Positions 51,340 to 62,429 of a stretch of DNA of 64,000 nucleotides are shown piece after piece. The notes beneath the pieces are model-generated. The model did no database searches, was not told where the DNA came from, and saw nothing but the letters and a program-made list of their open reading frames with translations. The stretch is taken from NCBI GenBank assembly GCA_010015805.1, contig ML978123.1, positions 558,001-622,000 on the forward strand, written 5' to 3'. Each line of letters begins with the position of its first letter. Positions within the stretch are counted from its first letter, which is position 1. Source of the stretch: Rhizodiscina lignyota. Its lineage: Eukaryota. Both the position numbers and the translations under genes were made by a program.

Positions 51340-53270
51340 GACATGTTTGACGACCAACTCCAATCGTCAATATGTCTGTGTTTCTCTGCAATACCACCTG
51401 GCCTTTGCTGCTTGGCATCTTCTGCTCATTACTGCCGCTTCTCCAATGTCGTAATATTATATCCCTCGGTCACCTCTACTCCCCCCCATGTTGTCGATGT
51501 TCAAATTCCAACCACTTGCTGGTCATTTGGATAATCGGTCATATCTTTGTCTAAAAGCATCGTTCTCATTATCATGTAGTGCCCCCTCATGTACGCCTCT
51601 CCTTCATCATGTCCAGCTTGGGACCTGACGACGGATACCACATGCATCTCATTTGTTCGGAAAACGGCTTTTCACATGGCACTTTAAGACTTCATTCTGG
51701 GATACCCTCACACTTTTTACATGCCTTTTGGTTTTTTAATTTACGGGCCTTCGTCACGATTTTTCGACAAATGGCGTTCTGCGGAGCAGTTACGACTGGT
51801 GGTTCTTCCGCAACATGTTCATTGGCAGGATGATGCAGGAACCTTCGCGGAAATTCTTTCTTGTGCCTATGTAGGGAGAGACTCTATAGACGCGGCTATT
51901 TGTGTGGTCCCCCATTTAGATGAGAGATGAGGCAGGTGCTGGCAATGGCACGGAGCTATATCTAATCATATCTCCCTCATTTCTCCAACTGCGTTGCTTT
52001 GACGGAACAGTTTTTGCCTCTTTCTGATCCGGTGTAATATATACTTATCAAAGTGAATGCAAGGTCGTTTCATCTGCAAATCGTACGTGCACATATCGCC
52101 AGTTCTCGGATTTACCCCTTTGGCTCTGTCCTCATCCCTCCTTGGAGACAACCACCCATCCACTTCTCTCGTGTTGCAAGCCCCTTGTCCTCGTCAACTC
52201 GCTATCGTATCCCGCTCCGTGCCTACCGTTCGCTTCCCCAAGTACCCTCACACACACAACCCAGGTCCAAAAAAGCATCGCTCCTGGGGCTACAACTTTT
52301 GTTCTTACACGAATACCAAAAAAAGACCTTAAGGTTACGATATCCTCTCCGAAGCCCGCATGATGTACCTAATCCCGTGACGCGACACCGCAACACGGGG
52401 CTCGCTATGCGCGCCGACCCTTGGCGCTGGGTTTTATCCATCCACGAGGCGTCGACGACGTCGTCCCGCGGGTGTGTGTACCCCCGTACCTCTCTCCTCT
52501 GACCCCGTGGGCCTCGTCTCGTCCCGCCATGCTCGTTCGTGATCTGTATGTACATGCAGGACAGGTAGTGCGAATCCTTCGCTCGACGCCCGTCATGAAT
52601 CCTTCCTGGGTGCGGACAGCGCTCGTCCGAGGAGATTCGGAAAACGTGGTGGGCAGGGAAGCATGTACTAGATTATTGTGTGGCTTGCTGCCTATTGCCT
52701 TGCCTACTTTATTGCTTTTGGGCATATTTGTACCGCATAGCGCCCCAAAAAGCCATTTCGACATCATGCTTCCGAGCGGACGGGACGGCCAGCCACATGG
52801 AGGTGAAGAGATTTTATCAGAATAGCCCGCAGAGCCTGAAGAACATTATCTTGGAGGCCGGAATGGGTTATTAATCGTGAAAAGGTACGGTCTGCATCTT
52901 CTGCGTTTCTTGACTTGCGGTTTGGAAGCAATGTACAGAGTAGGTAACGATTCCAAATCCCTTATGCACGCTTCTCGTACCTTTTTACATAACCATGATC
53001 TCGGAGTACATCAAATATACGAGTCCATCAAACCTCTCGTCCTACCATCGTGGAGGAGTCACGCAAAATCTCAAATTAAAAAAAGCGTAATGGGTATCGC
53101 TCGCTCGCATGCACTTCCAGCAGCGGCATGGACAGCAAAAGAAGCCATCCACTCCCCACATACTCTTTCCAGTCGCATCCAATGCCTCATCCAATCATTG
53201 TCATCAGTATCGTCGCAGTTCCCTCTTATCCTTTCCAGTTCAATTTTGCGTTCTAGTGCTCAGAATATCC

Positions 53271-55192
53271 TCACATCGGCCGGAAGAATCCCCTTCCACC
53301 ACCCTCATCAACAACCCTACTCCTCCCATGATGCAGTGCCTCCATAGAAGCCCTCACACGCGCACTCCTATCATCCACGCTCCTCTCAAATACCTCCTTT
53401 TCCTTCTCATATGACATCTTCACGCCCACGCTCGATTCCCCGCTGCTATTCCCGCTCGTCGAGTACTCCCGTTGTTCGCGATGCTGAACGTCCACCGACA
53501 CGCCGCGCTCGACCGTGATGCCGTTCAGCGGGCCACTTGGCACCTGTGCGCGCGAATCGCTCTTGTTGCGTCGGTGCTCTCTGTCCCTGGTACTCCGGGG
53601 TAGCGCGCCCAGTAAGCTCGGCGTGCGATTCACACCGGCCGGCGGACGACCACTCGCGCCCATACCGCGCACAGTGCCAGCATCAGCGAGATGATCGTTC
53701 GGACTCGCGAAAGCGGGATGCGGTCTACGCAGTGCCTCCGCGGTGGCGGAAATCGCATACTCCTCCTTCGCTGCGGCAGTGGTGGAGCTCCGCATGGTGC
53801 CCAGATACACGCCATTCTCTTCCATATAGGTACTATCGTAGAGACCGCCCTCAACGTCACTCCTACTTGTACCGCTCTTGCTACTCAGCCTGACACTCTC
53901 ATTCTTGCTACCGCTCAGTCGCATCACCCTGCTCACGAATGCACTCCTCTCGCTTCCCACGGAAGAAGGATGTTTGCGCCCACTGCTCTTGCCGTTGCGG
54001 TGCCCGCCAGTGCCATTCAGATCGTCAGTGCCACGGTGTTGGCCATTCTCGTCGACGCCAGAGCCAAAGCCAGAGAAGTTGGTGTAGCGGCGCACGAAGA
54101 CCTTGAGGGCAGGTGCAGATGCGCATACAATGCCGAGGAGCGCCTCGACGCCGGTCCAGATCCAGTTGTCTTGGCCGGCCCAGGTAACGTCGTACGTTTC
54201 TGAAATAGATGGGTTAGCGGTGATATATTTTCTTTTTGTCTTTTATTTAAATAGGATGGGATAATGGTCAAGACATATTCGAGTCTGCCATGCTTACCAT
54301 AAAACGTAAAGTGGATGTAATAGATCCTCAAAATACCCGCAATGCACAAAAAGAACCCAACCCCGAAAATCGCACCCAGCGCAATCTTCTGCCGTCGCGG
54401 CAGCTGCAACTTCCAGAACAGCATCGTCGGCAAGAGGCACGTGATGAGATCTTGCACGACGGAGACCACGCTCGCAGCGTATAGATTGGCCCCTTCGTCT
54501 GTGCAGCGATGTTTATGTGTGGCGGCCCAGGTGGGATCGATCTCCTGCCAGAAGGCGTGGAAAGGCGTGCAGCTCGCAAACAGCGTGACTTCGAAGGTGA
54601 TGCCGTACGCGATGACGAAGACGATTGACGCGCGCACGGCCCAGAGGAAGGATTTCGAGACGGAGCCGGCGGCCATGCGGCGGTAGAAGAAGAGGATGGA
54701 AATGCGGGTTAGGGTGGTGCCGAGGACGTAGAAGCATTCAATTGCGAAGGTAGCCTGTTTGCTATCTCGTCAGGTTGCAGAAAGGTAATTGAGGGTATTT
54801 TGGAGTTTGGATACATGCGTACCTTGCGGTTCTGCTTGAGTACAGGTAATGGGACGTCCCAGACGTGGCGATCGAAGCCATACTTCCTCGAAGCCAATCC
54901 GATTGTGATAGTCATCGCCGTTGCAGGAACCTAGACTGGCTTCAGAACGGCGTTCAGTCGCAAGGCAGGGTATCTTGCTCACCATGGCAGCAACAATGAT
55001 CGCATCATCCGCGCCCGCATTGTGCAGAATCCCCAATCTAGCCCACAGTCTTGCGACGACTGCCAGGAGAGCGATGGCGTAGAGCACGCACATGAGGATT
55101 ACCAGACTCCATCCTCTGGTATGGGGATCCACGTAGTTTGGTGTAGGCCATGATTCAATGACTGCCAGCGGGGGGTGTATGCCGCCCGGCAT
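53271..55192 (-). CDS. PTH11-like integral membrane protein (fungal rhodopsin domain, no CFEM)
   Basis: MPGGIHPPLAVIESWPTPNYVDP; ARLWAR..AGADD; GFDRHVWD; RISILFFYRR; CTPFHAFW; QDLITCLLP; LQLPRRQK; EALLGIVCASAPALK. Introns 54931-54982, 54755-54822 and 54200-54297 keep the frame. Confidence 0.9.
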
Positions 55193-56995
55193 GGTGCGTG
55201 CACGCGAGCCTGTTCTTTCGGTCCAGCCGGAATAGAGTTTCTGGAAGTGGCGAGTCTCACATACGATGATATACGATATATCGGCGGACGAGGTGCAGGG
55301 AAGCTCTGAGATCCGTCGAGAACTTCAAGAAAAGTCGGCGTACAAAGATTTTACTTTCGATCAAGACATCTGATTTATTTTTGGTCTTGGGAGAATTCGG
55401 TAGAGGATCTGGAAATCAGACATCTTGTGAACGCGAGTTGAGAAGATTGTCCAATATTTCGGTGCCGGTAAGAACGGATGAATGCGGGCAGGTTGTAGTG
55501 AGATCGCATACATAAGCTCAGCGTTAAGAGGGAAAAAAAGAAAGTTATTAGACGAGCTGCATGGATGAGAAAAATTCTCTTGAGATGATCGAGATGTGGT
55601 TGAAATGGTAATCTGACAGGTACATAATATGGGCTTGTGAACGATATGGGAAAGGTGTCTACCACCTGAAGACTATGGTTCGAGAGACTGCCCTGGTGGG
55701 CTTCTTCCCTGGAGTCGGAGAGATATTGTGAGCCATTTTCTCTTACACGAACACATGTGAGCTTAGGACTGAATTATCTCCTCAGGACCCACTCCGTCTC
55801 CGTCTCTCGAGGCAGACAGCAGAGGAGAGCACCCTCGTTACAAAGCCGGCTGCGAAAAGTTGCATCGCTAGCAAAAGGGATGGTTTGGAACCCGTTTAGC
55901 GCCAGTTCTCGCATTACGCACTGTATCGGTGCCATTGGCATAACGTGACGATCTATGCCTGAAGTATGTGGTGTTAAGGTACGTTGAAGTTGAGAAATGC
56001 AGTGTGAGGTCGATGAGTGAAAGACATGCATACCCGAAGAGGCGCGCAGGCACGAGCAAGCACAAGCCAGCCCATCGGACCGGATGGAACACGCCGCCAG
56101 GGGTAAGAGCAGATTTGTCAAGATTTGGCTAAAGGCTGAAGGCTTGCTGCTAAGACATTTGAAGAACTGCTAACTGTGATTCGGCACCTGTGCAGCAAGC
56201 CTCAACGTGCCGACAACGCGCATCCATGGCGTCCTTTTCAATCGCGGATCCTCCATCCGTGCGGAGAAGCAAATTGATTCAACAATGCTATTCATGCAAG
56301 CTTGAGAAACAACTGTGGATAGACTCTTGTATGCTTAGAGAAGTGCACTCCTGTTCTGGAGAAGTGCCTCTGCATCCTCAGCCAGTCCTCATCTACACGC
56401 TTAGTTCGCATAAATTTCGTATACTCAGGAACCCCAGATCAACAACTGTTTGAGAAGTGTATACACCTCAGAGAATCCAAATCGCTTCGCGTGCCAGATT
56501 GCATCATGCTCATTTTTGTCCTTAAATGTAAGGCCAACGTGCGGGTTGTCCACAATGGCGGGACAATTCCCAAATAGTCCATGAGTGCGGTCCATGGCCG
56601 TCGAATCTGCTCGGCATCGCCAACCCTCTCTTGTCGACAAACAGTACGAATGAAGGGTGCCGTGGAGCTATAGATCTCGTAAGCATCGTAGGATTAGAAA
56701 GAACGTCACGACTAATGAAGAGAAAGCCAAGCAGATGCGAAGGGTCTGCCTATGCGGGCAGGAGCAGGGCAGTGCGTTGGTGGGCATATGATAATGACAA
56801 TATAAGCATACCCTCTTACGATATCCAATGCGCCGAGCGGCGTAACTTCAAGCTCCAGCTGTCTACTTCTTCAAAGGATCACAACACACATCTCGGCCTC
56901 GCGAACCACTATCGGAGAGACAATACTGTCAATACAGACAAACCTCTGCATTCAAAAGGTCCACATATTACCTTAACACCCCCCGCATAGTAATA

Positions 56996-57568
56996 ATGGC
57001 GCCTACACATATCTCGTCCACAAACCAGTTCAACTCGCTCCTCTCCTCAAACACCTACGTAATCGTCGATTTCTACGCCGACTGGTGCGGGCCATGCAAA
57101 ACGATCGCACCGATCTTCGAGCAGCTCGCCGCGACGCACACCGCAGCGGGCAAACTGGCCTTCTGCAAAGTCGACGTCGACGCGCACCAGGACATCGCGC
57201 GCAAGCACGGCGTCTCCGCCATGCCGACCTTCCTCGTCTTCAAGAACTCCGCCGTCGCGAACACGATACGGGGCGCGAACCCTCCGGCGCTGAAGTCGGC
57301 GGTGGAAGCGGCGGCGAGGGATGCGAAGACCGGGCCTGCGCGGCAGAGTGTGGCGTTTAGTTCCAAGGGCCACGTTTTGGGAGCGGGAGGGAGTGGTGCT
57401 GCGAGTGGGCAGAGTGCTGCGAGGAGAGGGGCTGATGCGTTGTTGACGGGGACTGGATTCGCTGATACGATGGTGAGGTTCGTGGCGCTGTATTTCACGA
57501 GTTTGTTCAGTCTCGATGCGTATGCTTCAGCGCGGGACAGCCCGTTCAGCGTGAGGACGGGCCGGTAG
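56996..57568 (+). CDS. Thioredoxin with ~80-aa C-terminal extension
   Basis: VIVDFYADWCGPCK, KVDVD, VSAMPTF, IRGAN; then a Gly/Ala linker and hydrophobic FVALYFTSLFSLDAY. Confidence 0.92.
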   Translation: MAPTHISSTNQFNSLLSSNTYVIVDFYADWCGPCKTIAPIFEQLAATHTAAGKLAFCKVDVDAHQDIARKHGVSAMPTFLVFKNSAVANTIRGANPPALKSAVEAAARDAKTGPARQSVAFSSKGHVLGAGGSGAASGQSAARRGADALLTGTGFADTMVRFVALYFTSLFSLDAYASARDSPFSVRTGR

Positions 57569-58110
57569 AGGGTCAGGATATTTGCATGCTTTGGCTGGGC
57601 GTTGGCTCCTGGATCTTGGGGCATGGATGGCGTTCAAAGTCCGTGAGGTTATTGGGGCTCCGTCGATAGGTTACGACTACCATTGACGCTAATTCTGTCC
57701 ATCATACCTTAAACATACCGATCAAAAAAGAATTGCACATCAACTTTCAGGTCGTGTGACTCTCCTCTTTCTTGCTCAGATGAGATATCGACATGGTAAA
57801 TGGGCACGATTGCAGTTGCGACTTCAACTGGCTTATAGACAAGGACTATGTCTGTCCCATTCTTACCATGGTAGACACGTCGGGCATGGGTGTAGACTCT
57901 TCTGATCCTAGAGTTTACTTGTGATTGCAATCCCAAGCTGAAATATTCAAACAAGGATCAAGCGGTCTGCTACAAGACTTACATTCCTCATGAAAGACGA
58001 ATATATACATGAAACGTTCGTCATTTTGGTTTCCCGATGGAAAACTCCTCCACTTCCGTCCACAAGAGCCCCTTTAACGCCAAAGGAATCGCACACGGTT
58101 TTCCTTTCCA

Positions 58111-61100
58111 CTAAGTATCAATCACATGATATAGAGGCACGTTATGATCGCCATTTGTATGCCCTCCATTGGGCGTGAGTCCTTCCATTGCACCAGGTCC
58201 GCCTGTGAAGCGCGGAGTACCGACCGCCGGAGTCGGCCATGACCAGAGAGCGTCGAAATCGATTTGATCATCGGGCACAGAAAGATCCTCGCCAGAATGA
58301 TTTGAGACGACACGAGGGCCGCCATCCAGATTCGACAGATCGAGCAGAGAGGAGAAAGAGAAGTCATGCTTGAGAGAGGGTGGCAGCGTAGGTGGCGGAA
58401 CTGGAGCTCCTGTCGATGTTCCAGACGCAGGCGTGGGCGCTGTGAGGTTTGCGATTGATGGTACTGTGCTCGCAGAACTATTTCGGTGGTGTTCATACAT
58501 TTGACTCGGGCTTGCTGTTGTTGGAGGATGCGTGGCTGAAGTAGTGAAGGGTACGCCATTGAAGCCCGAGTTCGGTATCGTCGAGGTATGAAAGCTGGAG
58601 AAGATATCCGAAGATTGAAAAGAGTCCGGAGCCGAGCCTGACATGGATGGGGCTGACACCGGAGCAGCACCGAATGATTGGGAGCTGCTACCATCATTCT
58701 GATAGAATACTCCGTTCTGTTGCTGTGCTTGATTTCGGCGTTGTTTCTGCTCCTTGATCACGTCGTTGAACTTTGTCAGAATTTCGTGCAGTCGGCTCGC
58801 CTGAGGATCTGTCTCTCCGCAATAGCTCATCACGGTAATCGACTGCTCGATGTATTGGTCCATGGCGTTGGAGTAGAGCATAGCATATTCCTTAGAGAGT
58901 AAAATCAGAGCCGCAGCGAAAAGAAAATAAACGACCGTAGGATCCCGACGAGGAAGGTATCCTGCCTCATAGGCTTGTTGCACTAGTGTCACTGTGTGCG
59001 TTGAAGCAATTATACATGCTTCCATAAATTTGCTCATCCTGGCATGGCTGGTTGGTGTTGCGTCTGCGTTGCTGTCGCCCGCGAGCATTCGCTGTACTTT
59101 ATCGTTCAGGATGTAGAGGAAGAATGGCCGGGTCAATAAGACGATAGAGTGGCAATAGAACAAATTGACGTGCAGAATAGCCATTCCCTGAGTCGGCGTC
59201 GCTGCTCCTGCTTGTCGCCAGTGTAGTATAGGGGCGAGAGCTTTTGGCCAAAGCTTACAGATGTCTGCAATTTCTTGCGCAATCTTGGTGCTGATCTTTC
59301 GATGATGATAGACCTGCTTGAGGATGGTACCAATGGCAGAGCAACTGCGAACGGCCGCTTCCAGTCCGAGCGATGAAATCTGATTTGCAGTGCCGGCAAA
59401 GCCTGGTTCATATTTGAAGCCCTCTCCGTTGGCAGTCGGGTCTGGTGGCTTCAAAGTATCGCCACTGCATTCGTCTTCCGAGATCGCAGTTGGTCGACCC
59501 AGCGAGCAGGAAAGGAAGCGGTCCATTACAAATAGTGACTTCCAAAGATTTCGCCTCAATACTCGGTCCTCGGCGCTGAAGATGACCATTGTTTCTTCAC
59601 GATGCAGACCAAGAGCATACCCAGAACGAACGGCCATGCCTGGAATATAAGTCAGCAGCTGAGACGAAGCAGATACTTGAGACAGAGATACAATTGCGTT
59701 TAGTCTGATATAGGAGCATCGCGACAATGATTGAAAGGTAACGTACCAAGAAGCGCAAAAGCCGAATTTCTCTTCGACTTGGTGAGCATGTAAACCGACA
59801 TCAAGAGCAACGCCTGAACGGACCAAAAGTCGGCGTCCTCAAAGCCATTCAAAGGGTCATTAAGGCTCTTGGCATTTTGATAAAATATCTCAGACCGATC
59901 GTACGGTTCACAGCGCAAAGCCTCAATGATGATAGACTCGCTTGTGCCAGGTTTAGGCGTCGCGAGCATTAGGCCAATGGCGAAGACAAGATTCTTCAGA
60001 CAAAGATACTCTGGATGGCAGCCTAGCGGGTTGTCGTAGCACATGTTGAGTTCATTGAAAAACTCTTCGCGCTCGAAGATGTAGACGAACCCCGGTGTAT
60101 TGACGAAGAAGGCATCTGCTAGGATATGTGCAGTCGTCTTATCCGGCAGCAGATGGGTAGGCCGAAATTGTGAGGGAAGTGAAAGGGAACTTTCCACGAT
60201 CTTGTGTCTCCGTGGGTCGGTAGTGAAGTCAGATGGACCAGAGACATTCTCGACCATCATTCGAACCAGCTGCAAGTACGACAAAGTTCCCGAATCGCCG
60301 ATATACAAAAGACGGCCGGTTGGATCCTGCAGCATCCTCGTTTGTGAGTAAACAATGGCTTCCTCATCGCCGCTGTTGGTACTACCACGCGACATGAGAG
60401 GGGCTCCATTTTCGTCAGAGCGGCTGTTGAATTGCTGAAGTGTGTGCGCCTCGATGTGAGTGGTTATTTCACCTGGCTTTTTGTGGCCACTGCTAATGTG
60501 GCCATTGGTATGGCCGTTGGTATGCCCATTTATGAGTTGAGTCCTCGGACTTCTAGGGCCTTGAGGATCGCCTTCCTCCTGATTCATGTCACCATCTGCA
60601 GACGCGTCTCCCATCTCAACATCTTCGTTCTTCCGTTTGGAGGCATTCGAGTCTGGTGGCGACGGTACATGTTCTCGATCTGAATATATGCAGACAAATT
60701 TTCGCTGTTGATGTTAGCCATCGTTACCTGCGGATGGACCAGATGGGTACACACCTTTTCACAGGTATTGCAAGGACACAATCCGTTACACTGTCGCTTA
60801 GTCAGTGAGAATGTCTCGATATGCCTAACGCGTGGAAATGGAAAAAATGATGAACGGCTCGATGTGCGAGTACGAAATTGGCAAAGCCAACAGAAAGAGT
60901 AAAGGGGATGTCCATATTCTTTGACGCAGACACAAAAAGCACCAGGCTACCCAATAAGGCAAATCGAACATCGTTGTGGGTGTTTTGGCATGACACCCTG
61001 ATGGCCCAACCAGTCACCGGATTGGACCGTCACCAAGGTGCTGGAGCCAATGATGGTGGGACGATGCTATTGCATTCCTCTTTCTGCGCCCAGTGATGCA

Positions 61101-61498
61101 CGTTGAATTGCTCCCGCTTGGTCCAAGCAGACTGGCGGTAGTACGCAACGAGGTTCGATTTGCCTTGCGGAGTAGCCTGGCGCACACGTTTAAGGAAGAA
61201 TTTTCCGAGCAGTACATTATGGCGACGACGGCACTCATTCGAGACACCATACATCGACGATGATTTGAGGGGAAAGTATTAACGGTACGGCATTAAGTCA
61301 TGTGGTTTGCCGTGGCTTGTATCAGGTGTTGCGAGATTGCAGGTGGCTTCGTTACCTTTTGTTTTCTAGAAAGGGTAAAAATATGTCAGTGGCACGATCC
61401 ATCTTGCGTGTGGAACAAGCAACGCACCTTCTCTTGCAACTTTCACACGCCTGCGCCGTCCGCTGACGTTGATCAGGCGGAACACGCGGGCGCGTCAT
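58111..61498 (-). CDS. Zn(II)2Cys6 transcription factor with fungal-specific TF (Fungal_trans) domain
   Basis: Exons 61498-61428 (MTRPRVPPDQRQRTAQACESCKR), 61365-61356 (10 nt, completes RKQK), 60790-60755 (CNGLCPCNTCEK), 60704-59747 (RKFVCIY...RMLQDPTGRLLYIGDSG...) and 59639-58111 (AVRSGYALGLH...RRNLWKSLFVMDRFLSCSLGRP). Confidence 0.9.
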
Positions 61499-62120
61499 TA
61501 TGAAAGGCGCAAAGGTATGTAATAATTAGGTAGACAAGGTTTGCTACCCCAGATGTCGCCTCAATATGCGTAAAGCACGACAATCTGGGGATCCACCAGC
61601 CTTCGGCCTGCACTTGCTCGTCGGAAGCCGACCAGGCTGAATCACCATCGGATGCGGGCTCGTGAGGCTCTGGCGTGCTCAATCACCGCAGCGACAGCAA
61701 TGCAATGAACGCTTGCAACCGCATACGACGGCACGAATCGGTCGGACTTTGTGGTCAAAAGAAGAAGAGGGCGATGCGTATGCGAGAGAAGGGCATTGCG
61801 GGCGCCCGCGGACGCCAAGCTTGCCTTAAACTGGAGGCGCTTGTGGGTTTGTGAGGTGGAGGCTAGGAGACGAGGAGGCGTGTAATAAACGGGTAATGTG
61901 ACGGGAAACATGGACGGCGAGCCCGCTTGACCATATAAGGAGCGCGAGCGGCGCCTCGGCCTTAGATGCGCGGCGCCGTTTCAATACCCTGGGGCGTGTA
62001 AATAAGGTTTGCTAACCCTCGTCTACCCCAGCTGCCCATGACTTAAACGTACAGCGGCCGTGGAGGCCAGACGCAACTGAGCTCGCATCGATCCTTCGAT
62101 TGCCGATTGCTGCGTGTATC

Positions 62121-62147
62121 CCGGTTACGGGGCCGGAATTCCCACGG
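62121..62147. promoter_or_regulatory. Cluster of CGG/CCG triplets, candidate Zn2Cys6 binding site in a divergent promoter
   Basis: CCGGTTACGGGGCCGGAATTCCCACGG lies between the divergent TF and CoA-transferase genes. Confidence 0.25.
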
Positions 62148-62429
62148 TATACAATGTGCTACTATTAGACTGCTACCGCGCCTTCCCGTTCCCACCTATC
62201 TTTCTCTAAGCATGGCGAGAGTATTACCGATGCTGTTTGCCGCGGTTCCGCGCTTAAATCGTACGCCGCCCATAAGTAGAAGAAGTCGACCTCCCTAGGC
62301 TTATTCCACCATTTCTCGAAAGCAATATAACGACGACGGAATTAGCGATATTGGCTGTCAAGTGCCTATCTGGATATCCTTTCAGCAACAACGAGTTGTA
62401 TCGGTTGACCAATCGATCCATTGCCGGCC

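Noticed and set aside
55256..55285. ATACGAT repeated, resembling SREBP/Upc2 sites upstream of the PTH11-like gene
   Set aside because: A short motif expected by chance, with no supporting context.
60490..60535. Short tandem repeat
   Set aside because: Encodes low-complexity NGHT repeats inside the TF; not a mobile or CRISPR-like repeat.
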